From positions 1,984,001 to 2,048,000 of the forward strand of contig CAXXJJ010000001.1 of assembly GCA_963667015.2 (NCBI GenBank): DNA of 64,000 bases. The letters run 5' to 3'. Made by a program: the position numbers and the translations under genes. Origin of the DNA: Desulfatiglandales bacterium. Its GTDB lineage: Bacteria; Desulfobacterota; DSM-4660; Desulfatiglandales; HGW-15. Below the pieces are notes generated by a model. The model searched no databases. It was not told the origin of the DNA and saw nothing but the letters and a program-made list of their open reading frames with translations. Positions 10,669 through 21,846 of the stretch are shown piece by piece. Numbering within the stretch: the first letter of the stretch is position 1; every line of letters starts with the position of its first letter.

Positions 10669-10959
10669 GGAAAGTTCCTTTCTTCTGGAAACATGCGATA
10701 CTGTCGGCCATGCTGACATCTGTAAAGTCTTTAAAGGCAGGGCCGGACCGCCCTTTCGATCTGTTTAAAATTACATTTGAAAAGAGGTTTTTAAAGATTA
10801 TATATCACATTTTTTGATTTAAAAAACAAGGCATAGAAAAAACTTCCAGCATATTCAATCTCCTTTATCTGTGTTCTTCTTGACACATACGCCTGGACTT
10901 TCTTATATTTTTTATTTTAAAAGAAAATCGTATCAGTTTATCCGAATAAGGGGAGAAAT

Positions 10960-13059
10960 ATGGCTATTATAAGGATGTTAACAGCAGCAGTTTTAATACT
11001 GTTTATGGGGGTATCGTGTACCAGCAAGGTAGAAGAAAAAATAGAAGAAAAGAATGCGGATCTGTCCTGGCTGGAGGCTTCCAAGATAAAAATGCAGGAT
11101 AAACTTACAGCAAAGTTCGGTGAAGACCAGAAGGAAAGGATAATACAGGGCGTTCAGCAGGTGGCTGATTTCTGGAGAGCAGAGGATGGCGGTTCGGAAG
11201 TATTTGAGGCCTTTATTGAACGCTATTATGCGGGCAGCAAGGAAAAGCGTGATGAACTCTTTAATCGCTTTCAGCGGATCTCAGAAAAAATGAACGGGCA
11301 CATGAATGAAATTATACTTGCCCTTCGCTGGCAGATGGATCTGGATATAGGTGATATTGAGCCCTTTGATGAGATCTTTGCCGCCTATGACCCGTCCGCT
11401 CATATTACAGATGATATGTTTAAAAATAAGGCGGCATTTGCTGTGCTGCTTAATTTCCCCTTAACCACACTGGAGCAGCGACTGAATGAAGGCCGGAACT
11501 GGAGCCGCAGGCAGTGGGCCGAGGCACGTCTTGGCCAGATCTTTGATACCAGGATTCCTGCAGAGGTGAACCAGGCCATATCAGAGGCCGGAGCCGTTTC
11601 GGATCAGTACATAGCGGAATATAATATCTGGATGCATCACCTTTTGACTGATGAAGGTGAAAGAGTTTTTCCGGAGGGAATGCGTCTTCTGTCACACTGG
11701 AATCTCAGGGATGAAATCAAGGCCCGGTACAGCAATGGCGATAAAGGCCTGAAACAGCAGGAAATGATACAGAAGGTTATGGAACGCATTGTTACCCAGA
11801 CCATTCCCGAAATGGTGATAGATAATCCCTATGTTGACTGGAATCCCTATACAAACGAGGTTAAAAAATCTGATGTTAATGATTCGGGTAAAGCTGCTCC
11901 TCAAAATCTGGTTGTTTCCAACAGCCCTGAACCTGATACCCGTTTTAAGATACTGCTTGATAATTTTAAGGCGGTGAAACTTGAGGATCCTTACTCACCC
12001 ACTGCACCGACCCATATTCGAAGAAGTTTTGATCTTGGCCGTGAAATCCCTGAGGAGCGTGTGAAGGAAATGTTTGAAGCGGTTTTATCCTCGGAATCTG
12101 TCAAAAAGGTGGCTGCCCTTATCAGAAAAAGGCTCGGGCGTGATTTTAAACCCTTTGATATCTGGTACAACGGGTTTAAGGCACGGGGTAAATATACAGA
12201 AGAGGAACTGAATAAAATCACCGGGGAAAAATATCCAAATGCAGAGGCCTACGCAAGTGATATGCCGCGCATGCTGATGGACCTTGGCTTTTCACAGGAA
12301 AGAGCTCAATACCTGGCCGACAAGATCACAGTTGATCCGGCACGGGGATCGGGCCATGCATGGGGCGCCCAGATGCGCGGGGCAAAGGCTCATCTGCGCA
12401 CACGTATCGGTAAAGACGGGATGGATTACAAGGGATATAATGTTGCTGTCCATGAAATGGGGCACAATGTTGAACAGACCTTTTCGTTGTATGATGTGGA
12501 TTACTATTTTTTAAACGGTGTGCCAAATACCGCCTTTACAGAGGCAATAGCCTTTGTATTTCAGGGCAGGGACATGGAGCTTCTGGGGCTTGCCAGCGAG
12601 GATGAACAGGCTGCAGCGCTTAAAAAACTGGATCAGTTCTGGGGAATGTATGAGATTGCCGGTGTAGCGCTTGTTGACATGGCTGCATGGCACTGGATGT
12701 ATGATAATCCGAATGCAACACCAGCGCAGCTGAAAGAGGCTGTCCTGAATATTGCCAGGGATATCTGGAATAAATATTATGCACCTGTTTTTGGTCAGGA
12801 TGATGTTGAGCTTTTAGCCATATATTCGCACATGATAAATAATTTTCTTTATCTTCCTAACTATCCTATCGGTCATTTAATCGCTGTTCAGATAGAGGAG
12901 CAGTTAAATAAATCAGGGGATCTTGGCGGCGAAATAGAAAAAATGTGCAAGCTGGGCAATATTGCACCTGACCTGTGGATGGAACAGGCTACAGGTTCAC
13001 CCGTGGGTGCGGATGCACTTCTTAAGGTTACTGAAGAGGCATTAAAGGTAGTTCAATAG
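10960..13059 (+). CDS. Lipoprotein, putative gluzincin (M3/M32-like) zinc metallopeptidase
   Basis: Lipobox-like GVSC; HEMGH zinc motif with downstream AFTEAIA. Confidence 0.7.
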   Translation: MAIIRMLTAAVLILFMGVSCTSKVEEKIEEKNADLSWLEASKIKMQDKLTAKFGEDQKERIIQGVQQVADFWRAEDGGSEVFEAFIERYYAGSKEKRDELFNRFQRISEKMNGHMNEIILALRWQMDLDIGDIEPFDEIFAAYDPSAHITDDMFKNKAAFAVLLNFPLTTLEQRLNEGRNWSRRQWAEARLGQIFDTRIPAEVNQAISEAGAVSDQYIAEYNIWMHHLLTDEGERVFPEGMRLLSHWNLRDEIKARYSNGDKGLKQQEMIQKVMERIVTQTIPEMVIDNPYVDWNPYTNEVKKSDVNDSGKAAPQNLVVSNSPEPDTRFKILLDNFKAVKLEDPYSPTAPTHIRRSFDLGREIPEERVKEMFEAVLSSESVKKVAALIRKRLGRDFKPFDIWYNGFKARGKYTEEELNKITGEKYPNAEAYASDMPRMLMDLGFSQERAQYLADKITVDPARGSGHAWGAQMRGAKAHLRTRIGKDGMDYKGYNVAVHEMGHNVEQTFSLYDVDYYFLNGVPNTAFTEAIAFVFQGRDMELLGLASEDEQAAALKKLDQFWGMYEIAGVALVDMAAWHWMYDNPNATPAQLKEAVLNIARDIWNKYYAPVFGQDDVELLAIYSHMINNFLYLPNYPIGHLIAVQIEEQLNKSGDLGGEIEKMCKLGNIAPDLWMEQATGSPVGADALLKVTEEALKVVQ

Positions 13060-13068
13060 ATAATCTAT

Positions 13069-13109
13069 GAATAAACTGCCCCTCCGCTCTTAGGCGGGTC
13101 AGTTTATTC
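13069..13109 (+). terminator. Hairpin terminator
   Basis: gaataaactg...cagtttattc inverted repeat after the stop codon. Confidence 0.55.
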
Positions 13110-13403
13110 GATTTTCAATACCTCATTTGTTTCACAAGGATTCCGGTTTATCGGGGCGGCAGGGTATGAGATGCCAAAGGCATTCAGGCGTGGAGCAGGA
13201 GCGCCATTATGTTAGAATGTTATACCGAAAGATTGTTAAATATAAAAAATAAGACTTGCAGTAGTATAAATCCACGTGATCTATATCCCTGTTGTCATTA
13301 ATTGCAGTAACTAAAACATTGGCCGGTTTATATATATTCGAGATATTCAGGTTTTTTGGAGTGTGTGAATTTATCAGAAACTGGAAAGTTATGTTACCGG
13401 TTT

Positions 13404-13474
13404 GTAGGTTGGGTTAAGCGAAGCCTTTCAACTTTGCTCAAGATCATGAGCATGTCGAATGGCAACCCAACAAA
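13404..13474. repeat. REP-like palindromic repeat (second copy at 27710-27780)
   Basis: GTAGGTTGGGTTAAGCGAAGCC...GGCAACCCAACAAA; near-identical copy at 27710. Confidence 0.75.
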
Positions 13475-13530
13475 ATTCCATCCTCATCCTCGACCAGAAG
13501 TAAGGTCTACCTCATCTGCGGATTGGTTTT

Positions 13531-15441
13531 TTATTCTTCTACTTCTTTTACCTCATTCCTGTCCTCCATTACTACAGGTATGTAAAGATTCACAGCAGTA
13601 CCGCGATTCACTTCAGAGTCTACCGAAATCCACCCTCCGTGGTTTTTGATAATTCCATAGACCGCTGCCATACCCAGTCCCCGGCCCTGAAACTTTGTAG
13701 TAAAAAAAGGCTCGAAAATACTGTTTTTACTCTTTTCATCCATTCCGATGCCGTCATCCGTTACTGTAAGCTTCACATAAAATCCCGGCATAAGGCCCGG
13801 CTTATCCCTGCACATTTCCTCATGGATGCTCAACTCACAGCAGGAGATTCGTATACGCCCACTGTCTTCTATTGCTTCCGATGCATTGGATAAAAGGGCT
13901 GACAGGACCATCTGTATTTGAGTTTCATCTGCTTCAACAGGAGAGATCTTTACTGGCAGGTCTGTCTCTATATAGATACCGGGATGCACAGTGTGTTCAA
14001 TTAGAGGCAGAGCTTCTCTCACAAATAGGCTGAGGTTTATGGGTTTAGGCCTGTATTTTCCACCTCTGGCATAGGCAAGCAGCTGACTGGTGAGCTTTAC
14101 TAACCGATAGGTTGTGCTTTTTATAGAAGCAAGCTGTTCTTTCATCTCACTGCTGGAAGGATTAAAATCCAATAATTCGAGATTTCCGATTATCGCTGTA
14201 ATAGCATTGTTGAACTGATGAGCTATTCCTCCTGCCAGGGTGGCTATAGCCTCCATCTTTTTTGACTGTATAAGCCTGTTCTCAAGTACCTGTTTTTCCT
14301 GTTCAGCAGCTTTTCTGTCTCTGATATCGCGTGTTACACCCAGAACTTCCACAGGTATACCCTCATTATTTCTGATGAAGGTTGCGGTTGTCTCAGCCCA
14401 TAAATAGTCCCCGTTTTTATGACGATGTTTAATTTCCAGTATTCTGGAGCGTTTCGGGTCAACTCCGGGATCTCCCTCTTTAGCCAGTTCCTCCTTCAAT
14501 ATACTTTTAATATTTTCCAGGCTCTCCCGGTCAGCAACCTCCTCCAGATACTCATTCATTGCCTCTTCCGGTGTTATGCCTCTCATTCTCTGGACTGATG
14601 GGCTCACATAGGTAAACCTGCGACTTCTCAAATCCATGGTCCAGATGATATCAGTAGCGTTCTCAGCCAGAAGTCTGTACTGCTTCTCGCTTTCACTGAG
14701 CGCTGCTTCTGCCTGTTGACGTTCCATCACTTCCATTTCAAGATCCTGCTTGGCCCTTATCAGTCTGTTGTGTTCCAGTTCCAGGTTTTCGGTTAAGATT
14801 TTTTCCTTTTTGTGTGTGAACACAAGTCCCTTTACTAAAGAAGCCACAGATATCGCAGCTATTATGTTAAGTACAATATAGTTCACATAGGCAGATATCA
14901 TTGTCTCCGGATTATTAAAGAATGGAAAATCATGCCCCAACCGCTCTGTCCAAAAAAGCCAGCCTAAAACTGCAAGTGAAACAGTATTGAGAAGTATGGC
15001 CTGTAATGCACGTTTTACTCCCAGCAGGACACCGACAAGAACTGCAAAGGCAAACAGCCATGCGGGTCCCCCGCTCAAAAATCCCACTGAAATAATTACC
15101 GAAACTCCAATAAGGTAAACCATGAGCAGGGTAATTAATGCCCTTGTTTCGTAGTTCATGCGATCTGAAAAAACCAGCAGTATACAGATCCCGTAAGCAA
15201 AAGCATCAATCAGTGCCAATCCCCAGATGCCATCTTTGATAATCAGCACGAACGCAGCGATTATAGCAAAAGTACACAAAAGCATGGCTGTAAAAAGTAT
15301 GGAAAACAGGATGCGGGAACGCCAGTAAATCAGACTGTTTTGCTCAATGGAATAGGGTGAGGCCATCCTCTTTACGGCCCTGTCCTGTAATTTTTTAAAA
15401 TGACCAATCAAAAGTTCTCTGCCTTTAATAAAAAATATCAT
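13531..15441 (-). CDS. Membrane-bound PAS/PAC sensor histidine kinase
   Basis: N-terminal TM helices, PAS, H-box LAGGIAHQFNN, FEPFFTTK and GRGLGM boxes; no receiver domain; start uncertain. Confidence 0.9.
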   Translation of the reverse strand: MIFFIKGRELLIGHFKKLQDRAVKRMASPYSIEQNSLIYWRSRILFSILFTAMLLCTFAIIAAFVLIIKDGIWGLALIDAFAYGICILLVFSDRMNYETRALITLLMVYLIGVSVIISVGFLSGGPAWLFAFAVLVGVLLGVKRALQAILLNTVSLAVLGWLFWTERLGHDFPFFNNPETMISAYVNYIVLNIIAAISVASLVKGLVFTHKKEKILTENLELEHNRLIRAKQDLEMEVMERQQAEAALSESEKQYRLLAENATDIIWTMDLRSRRFTYVSPSVQRMRGITPEEAMNEYLEEVADRESLENIKSILKEELAKEGDPGVDPKRSRILEIKHRHKNGDYLWAETTATFIRNNEGIPVEVLGVTRDIRDRKAAEQEKQVLENRLIQSKKMEAIATLAGGIAHQFNNAITAIIGNLELLDFNPSSSEMKEQLASIKSTTYRLVKLTSQLLAYARGGKYRPKPINLSLFVREALPLIEHTVHPGIYIETDLPVKISPVEADETQIQMVLSALLSNASEAIEDSGRIRISCCELSIHEEMCRDKPGLMPGFYVKLTVTDDGIGMDEKSKNSIFEPFFTTKFQGRGLGMAAVYGIIKNHGGWISVDSEVNRGTAVNLYIPVVMEDRNEVKEVEE

Positions 15442-15853
15442 TTTATCCCTGTTAAAGATCCTGTTACGCTTAAAAATCAATTGTTAAACATCAGGTACCC
15501 TTACCTAATGCTGGAATATTAAATCTTTATAAGATTCTGACGGATTAAAAATATCTTTTGCCTTTTCCCAGAAAATTCAGATATGAATATTAGTTTAATG
15601 GAAGAAGCGGGCGCAATAAGGGCAGGCTTTGTTTGATTTTATTTTGATAAGAATTTCCTTTTTTAGGAACAAAATATATAGAGTTGAGCATTGTATGTCA
15701 ATCTGAAATACCCCGCCATATTGTTGGGCTATTCAGCCTACAGAAAATGACAAATGAGTGAGAGAGATGATGAAGGCGGGCAGGGTAATGTGTGGATAAA
15801 GATACTGAAATTGAAGAAATACGGGCAGACCTGATATCTTTTTATATACTTTT

Positions 15854-17238
15854 CTATTCAAAATCTGCGATCAGCCATCGGCGATAACCCCGCCAGGTTA
15901 ACAGCAGACCAACACCTGCGAGGCAGACACCGAACAGCATGATAAACGGATGCCACGTGATAAGCTTCAACATTTTTGGATCGAAAGCCATTATGGGTAG
16001 CGTTGTTGGTAAAACTACAATATAAAGGATGAATATGGTTAAGCCAATGGAGCGGAAACTGAGAGCCCAGAACGCCAGTCCAAAGAACCATATTTGTATC
16101 ATCAGGGAATAAACGATTAAATAAGCAAGGAGTTCGGGGGGCGGTTTTATGGCCATAATAAACATACATAAAATAGATACGGCCATAAACACTCCCCATA
16201 TTATAAACTGGTTAATGATGGAGAAGATTCCAAACTGCTTCAGATAGTTTTCTCTGGTGATGGGCAACATGATATCACGGGAAAAGAAACGATTTTTTAC
16301 AATCATCAACGGGATAGCTAATGCTGCCGAAACGACTGTGGCTGCAAGGACCAGCACCACCATCGGCATGATCTTACCAGTAAAAAAACCATTGCCATGA
16401 AAATTAAATTAAAAAAGATAGCAATAATCAGGATAATCCAGATATTTATATTTAAATAATTCCATCGACATATCCTCGACCAGTAAGAATCGGCTGCATT
16501 CCCTGCATGATCGATCAGTTTTATTATAGATCTGTTGATGTACCAGTTTCCCAACCCCCGGGATTGGTGTTTCTCCATTTTTTGCCGCTGCATTTCCGAT
16601 ATATTGCTTCTTCCAATTTTAAAAGCTTGAATGTTGAGATGGTAATCAGGCATTTCTTCGTTAAGAATAATCAACCGGATAATACCGAATATAAAGAGCA
16701 ATATGCCGATGCACAGGAATATAAGCGCATGAATTGGTTTGTGACCGAGAACAATCTGTTCCATGCCGCTGCGCACTGGTTCTGTAAAGGAGGAAAACCA
16801 TACGGCCATGACAAGTATAAAAAATATACCTGTCGGACGCAGCAAGGACCAGATCATTGCGCCGAACATTACCGTTGTTATGGAAATGAAACCGAAAGAT
16901 TGCCAGCCGATAGACAGGGCCATCAGACCCGGTAATAGAACACCTAAAAAAAGTGCCATCGCTGACGCCACAATACCATGAACTTTTCTGAAACCGGGCA
17001 TCAGTGACGCCCGGGAGTTTGCAAACTGTTCCTTCATATGGATTGCCCAATAGGAATAAAAGAATATTAAGATAATTAACTGAAATGGTTTAAGTGCTTG
17101 ATATCCCTGGCTGCCTTTATCGATGAAAAAAAATAAAACAACATAGAACAGGAAACCCAAAACAAACAGGAATTGTTTTAGCGAATGAAATGGCCGGCGT
17201 ACATATGTGAGTGCAACCTGGCGATATGGATTAGGCAT
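15854..17238 (-). pseudogene. ABC exporter permease paralog 3, frameshifted near 16380-16390
   Basis: ORFs 16318-17274 and 15854-16369 are the N- and C-terminal parts of a protein homologous to 17999-19324 and 19388-20734; the frame changes at ATGGTTTTTTTACT (T7 run). Confidence 0.8.
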
Positions 17239-17944
17239 GATGCATCTCCAGAAAACTGTCTTCAAGATTAACATTGGTTTGCTCCTTTAACTCCTCAAGT
17301 AATCCATGCCAGGAAATGACGCCGGATTTAAGTATTGCCACTGAATCCGCTACGCGTTCGAGGTCGGATGTGATATGGGTGGAAAACAGGACTGTTCTTT
17401 TATTCGGTTCGGACAGTTCGATGATCATTTGTAAAAACTGCCGTCGTGCAATGGGATCAAGACTTGCAGCCGGTTCATCCAGAATAAGAAGATCCGGCTC
17501 ATGTCCCATGGCGAGGAGAATAGCCACCTTCTGCATCTGCCCCACAGAAAGTAGCCCGGCGCGATCGTTAAGCGGAATATCCAGCTCCTTGACAAGCCGT
17601 GCAACCAGGTCATGGTTCCAATCAGGATAGAATGCAGCTGTGTAGTCTATCAGCTGATGGGTCTTCATCCGGGGATACAGGTTAATAACCTGCGGTACAT
17701 ATCCTATCCGGCTTTTGGCTTCTGCACTAAGCGTTATGGCAGGTTCTCCCAAGAGCCGGGCTTCACCTCTTTGCGGCCGGATAAGACCAAGGGCGCATTT
17801 AAGCAGAGTTGTCTTGCCCGAGCCGTTGGTCCCAAGCAGACCCATAACAGTACCTTTCTCAACCGACAGATCCAAGCCGGTCAATACTTCTTTTTTTCCA
17901 TAGGATTTTACGATTCCGGTAAGTTCAATGGTGGTTTCATTCAT
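17231..17944 (-). CDS. ABC transporter ATP-binding protein (copy 2)
   Basis: GTNGSGKTT Walker A, LSVGQ signature, LILDEP Walker B, STH. Confidence 0.95.
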   Translation of the reverse strand: MNETTIELTGIVKSYGKKEVLTGLDLSVEKGTVMGLLGTNGSGKTTLLKCALGLIRPQRGEARLLGEPAITLSAEAKSRIGYVPQVINLYPRMKTHQLIDYTAAFYPDWNHDLVARLVKELDIPLNDRAGLLSVGQMQKVAILLAMGHEPDLLILDEPAASLDPIARRQFLQMIIELSEPNKRTVLFSTHITSDLERVADSVAILKSGVISWHGLLEELKEQTNVNLEDSFLEMHHA

Positions 17945-17998
17945 GATCTGATGTTCCTTTTGTTAGAATATATTCTGTCCTGTTTCTTCATCCTTCTG

Positions 17999-19324
17999 CT
18001 ATGAATCAAAATCCTTAACCATCCAGCGGTCATAGCCGCACGAAGCCAATTCAAGGCCGAGGGCCGCATAAAAAACACCCAGTAACAATGACCACCACGG
18101 AATCAATGTCAATTTATTGAAATAACTAATGAACGGGATCATTACATAAAAAAAGACTTTAGTAATGATCAAAAAGTTGAAAAAGTTCAAAATGGTTGAG
18201 CCGAAACTGCTGATCCAGATGACCAGACCAAACGATCCTATTTGCGCCATTAGAGAATAGGAAATTGAAATAAAAAGAAATTCAGGGGCTGGTTTTGCAA
18301 CTGAGGTAAAAATCAATAAAACAGTCACAGTCATAAAAGCTCCCCACCAAATTAATTGGTGAGTGATGAAAGACATTGCCACCTGTTTCAGGTAGGTATC
18401 TCTTCTGACAGGCATCATGAGATCCTGAGCCATGAAACGGCTTTTTTTATTAAATTGTCTGATAACTAAAAATAGCGGCATGAGTGTAGCCACAAGGAGT
18501 CTTATCTCCGGGAGGAAGGTTTCGTCAGTTAAAAAGTAAAACAACATTAAAGAGAGATTAATGTAAGCTGCATGAAAAAGGGCAGACCAGACAGGACTGT
18601 TTGAAAAGTTCCACCGCAATATCCTTGACCAGTATGAATCAGTAGCATGTCGGGAATGATAAATCATTCTTACTGCCCTTCTATTGGTGAACCACCTCCG
18701 CCACCCCTGAGAATCATATATGGAGAATTTAAGGTTAAGGTTGTATTCCGGTTTTTCTTCGTTGAGCAGAAACAATCGAATGATGCCTGTTATGCTGAGT
18801 ACCGCACCGACGCCTAGAAAAATGAGCGCGTTCCCTGAAGCAATCTTTTCGATGCTGCTCTGGATTTGCTCAAATAATGTAAAAATCCATACTGCCGCTA
18901 TGAGAGAAAGGAAGGTATTGCCCAGGCGCAATATGGTCCAGAGAATTATGCCGAACAGGAATGTCATGAGCGAGACTAACCCGATGGTTTGCCAATTGAT
19001 CAGCAGGGCTACTACTCCCGGCAGGAGAACGACGAAAACAAGAGCAACAATTATCGACACAATACCATGAACCTTTCGAAAACCTGGTGTCAGGGATGCC
19101 CTGGCGTCGGCGAACTGCTCCTTCGCGTGAATTGTCCAACAGGAAAACAGGATCATGAATAGTAACAAGATGATCGATACACATATATGCTTTTCGATGA
19201 GTATGCTGGGTAAGAAAAGCATAGCAAAAATGTATAAGATAATTGAGATGAGTAAATATCGTTGCAACACACCAAACGGGTGTCGGAGGTAGGTAAGCAT
19301 GACCTGAATGTAGGTATTAGGCAT
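17999..19324 (-). CDS. ABC exporter permease paralog 2
   Basis: Multi-TM protein sharing KEQFA..RASLTPGFRKVH with its paralogs. Confidence 0.8.
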   Translation of the reverse strand: MPNTYIQVMLTYLRHPFGVLQRYLLISIILYIFAMLFLPSILIEKHICVSIILLLFMILFSCWTIHAKEQFADARASLTPGFRKVHGIVSIIVALVFVVLLPGVVALLINWQTIGLVSLMTFLFGIILWTILRLGNTFLSLIAAVWIFTLFEQIQSSIEKIASGNALIFLGVGAVLSITGIIRLFLLNEEKPEYNLNLKFSIYDSQGWRRWFTNRRAVRMIYHSRHATDSYWSRILRWNFSNSPVWSALFHAAYINLSLMLFYFLTDETFLPEIRLLVATLMPLFLVIRQFNKKSRFMAQDLMMPVRRDTYLKQVAMSFITHQLIWWGAFMTVTVLLIFTSVAKPAPEFLFISISYSLMAQIGSFGLVIWISSFGSTILNFFNFLIITKVFFYVMIPFISYFNKLTLIPWWSLLLGVFYAALGLELASCGYDRWMVKDFDS

Positions 19325-19388
19325 GATTCATCTCCAATAAAGTGTCTTCAAGATTAACGTGTGTTTGCTCAATGGTTGCTTCAATCAT
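19317..19388 (-). pseudogene. 23-aa internally deleted ABC ATPase remnant (MIEATIEQTHVNLEDTLLEMNHA)
   Basis: Fuses the ATPase N-terminus (MNETTIE) in frame to its C-terminus (EQTHVNLEDTFLEMHNA); overlaps the upstream stop (TGATG) and the downstream start. Confidence 0.85.
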
Positions 19389-20734
19389 CATATGATGTAC
19401 CTTTTATTGAATAGTACCGCTCCCATGTTTTCGTCCTTCTGCTTTGGATCAAAATCCTTGACCATCCAGCGGCGATAACCCCGCCAGGTTAAAAGCAGGC
19501 CGAGGAGCGCAAGAAGAACCCCCAGTATTAGAGGTTTCCACGGGACAACCATCTGTACATCTAAAGCTTTCATATATTCTACAGAAAGCCATGTTATTAT
19601 GATCAATATTAGATACAAAGGCGTTATACGGGAACTGTAGATCCAGATAGCCAGTCCGAACATCCATATTTGCATCATAAAGGAATAAGTGATTGAATAA
19701 ATAAAAAATTCAGGGTTTGGTTTTGCTGATACGATAAAAATCCAAACAATGGATACTGCAATTGCTAAAGTCCATGCAATAAATTGAATGAAAGCAAAAG
19801 AGATCCCCAGTTCCTTCAGGTAGCTGTCTCTACTGACAGGCATCATGATATCCTGCGCCATGAAACGCCTTTTTTTATTAAACTCATAAATGAGTAAAAT
19901 CAGCGGGATAATTGTTGCCCCTTGGAAGTTTACTGTTTCGTTAAAATGACCCACAGATGTAGAAAGGAGTTTAAAAAAAATTGTTAAAAAAAGAGCCGAC
20001 AAAACAGAACGGTTTAAAAAGTTCCACCGGTGCATCCTGGACCAGCAGGAGTCAGCTGCATGTCGGGCATGATAAATCATTCTTGCTGCCGTTCTGCTGG
20101 CGAACCATCTTCGCCATCCCCGGGATTTATGCATGAGGGATTTAAAGCTCAAGCGGTATTCCGAATTATCTTCGTTAAGCAGAAACAAGCGGATGATGCC
20201 GGTTATGCTTAGAATTATGCCGATGCTCATGATAATGAATATCTGAACCGGCTCGTTTCCTGAAACAATCTTTTCGATGTTTTCCCGGATCGGCACAAAT
20301 AATGTTAAAACCAATCCGGCCGCTATGATAGGAAAGAAAATGTTGCCCAGGCGCAATATAGCCCAGAGTATTATGCCGAACAGGAGCGTCGTGATGGAGA
20401 TTAATCCGATGGGTTGCCTGTTGATCAACAGGGCTGTTACTCCCGGCAGGAGAATGACTAAAACAGTTGCAGCAGTTGTTGCTACAACAGCATGAATCTT
20501 TCGAAAACCCGGCGTCAGTGATGCCCGGGGAGTGGCGAACTGTTCCTTTACATGAACTGACCAACAGGAAAACAGGACAATAAACAGGAACAGGTAAAAC
20601 TGTAGAACCTTGCCGACATTGAAAAATATGTAAATATTAAAAAATAGAATGCCCGAGATGAATAAAGATCGATGCAACAGCCTGGCCGGCCGTTGCAGAT
20701 AGGTACGTGCAACCTGAAAGTATGGGTTAGGCAT
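19388..20734 (-). CDS. ABC exporter permease paralog 1
   Basis: Multi-TM protein; start overlaps the ATPase stop. Confidence 0.8.
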   Translation of the reverse strand: MPNPYFQVARTYLQRPARLLHRSLFISGILFFNIYIFFNVGKVLQFYLFLFIVLFSCWSVHVKEQFATPRASLTPGFRKIHAVVATTAATVLVILLPGVTALLINRQPIGLISITTLLFGIILWAILRLGNIFFPIIAAGLVLTLFVPIRENIEKIVSGNEPVQIFIIMSIGIILSITGIIRLFLLNEDNSEYRLSFKSLMHKSRGWRRWFASRTAARMIYHARHAADSCWSRMHRWNFLNRSVLSALFLTIFFKLLSTSVGHFNETVNFQGATIIPLILLIYEFNKKRRFMAQDIMMPVSRDSYLKELGISFAFIQFIAWTLAIAVSIVWIFIVSAKPNPEFFIYSITYSFMMQIWMFGLAIWIYSSRITPLYLILIIITWLSVEYMKALDVQMVVPWKPLILGVLLALLGLLLTWRGYRRWMVKDFDPKQKDENMGAVLFNKRYII

Positions 20735-21440
20735 TATGCATCTCCAGAAAGGTGTCTTCGAGGTTGACGTGTGTCTGCTCCTTTAAATCCTCAAGTAATC
20801 CGTGCCAGACAATGGTTCCGGACTTCAGGATTGCTACTGAATCTGCTACGCGTTCGAGATCCGAGGTGATGTGGGTGGAAAAGAGGACTGTTCGTTTATC
20901 CGGTTCGGCGAGTTCTATAATCATCTGCAGAAACTGTCGTCGTGCCTTGGGATCGAGACTTGCGGCGGGTTCATCAAGAATAAGCAGGTCCGGTTCGTGC
21001 CCGAGTGCAAGGAGTATTGCCACCTTCTGACGCTGTCCTACTGAAAGCGGACCGATGCGATCTTCCGCAGGAATATCCAGTTCCTTTATCAAACGTGAAA
21101 CCAGATCATGATTCCAGTTGGTATAGAATGCAGCAGTGTAGTCTATCAAGTCCCGGACCGTCATCCATTCATACAGGTTGATAACCTGGGGGACGTATCC
21201 GATTCGGCTTTTGGCTTCAGGGCTCAGATCCCAGGAAGGTTCTCCCAAAAGACGTGCTTCGCCGCTTTGGGGTCGAATCAGACCCAGGGCGCACTTGATG
21301 AGGGTTGTCTTGCCAGAGCCGTTGGTTCCGAGCAGGCCCAGAACAGAGCCTCTTTGGACCGAAAGGTCCAGTCCGTTCAATACATCTTTGTTTTCATAGG
21401 ATTTTATAATTCCGCTTAGTTCGATGGTTGTTTCATTCAT
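20727..21440 (-). CDS. ABC transporter ATP-binding protein (copy 1)
   Basis: Walker A/B and signature; highly similar to 17231-17944. Confidence 0.95.
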   Translation of the reverse strand: MNETTIELSGIIKSYENKDVLNGLDLSVQRGSVLGLLGTNGSGKTTLIKCALGLIRPQSGEARLLGEPSWDLSPEAKSRIGYVPQVINLYEWMTVRDLIDYTAAFYTNWNHDLVSRLIKELDIPAEDRIGPLSVGQRQKVAILLALGHEPDLLILDEPAASLDPKARRQFLQMIIELAEPDKRTVLFSTHITSDLERVADSVAILKSGTIVWHGLLEDLKEQTHVNLEDTFLEMHNA

Positions 21441-21462
21441 GATTGGATTTCCTCTTAGTTAT

Positions 21463-21831
21463 TTATTTCCACATTTCATCCAATAAACGATGAACTTCTT
21501 CTGCATCTATGCCTAATGTTTTTGCCAGTTCGGTGACCTGAGTGATCTGCTGGTAGAGAACCTGTTTTTGAGAATTCATCTGGCCCGAGGGGATATTGTC
21601 TGCTACAAAGGTGCCCTGTCCGTGACGTCGTTCCAGCAGGCCCTCGGCAGTCAGCCGTTCGTAGACCCGAAGGATTGTGTTCTGGTTGACGGAGAGCTCA
21701 GAGGCCAGAGCCCGAACAGAGGGAAGCCGGTCTCCGGGTTTGAGCGCTTTACTGGCACACTGTGCCCTGATTTGAGCAGCGATTTGCCGGGTGATTGGCA
21801 TTCCGGAAGATGTTTCTACACGAATTTGCAT
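21463..21831 (-). CDS. GntR family (YtrA subfamily) transcriptional regulator
   Basis: LKPGDRLPSVRALASELSVNQNTILRVYERL...GQGTFV; short C-terminal domain; heads an ABC operon. Confidence 0.92.
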   Translation of the reverse strand: MQIRVETSSGMPITRQIAAQIRAQCASKALKPGDRLPSVRALASELSVNQNTILRVYERLTAEGLLERRHGQGTFVADNIPSGQMNSQKQVLYQQITQVTELAKTLGIDAEEVHRLLDEMWK

Positions 21832-21846
21832 CTTTTTGCCTCCAAG

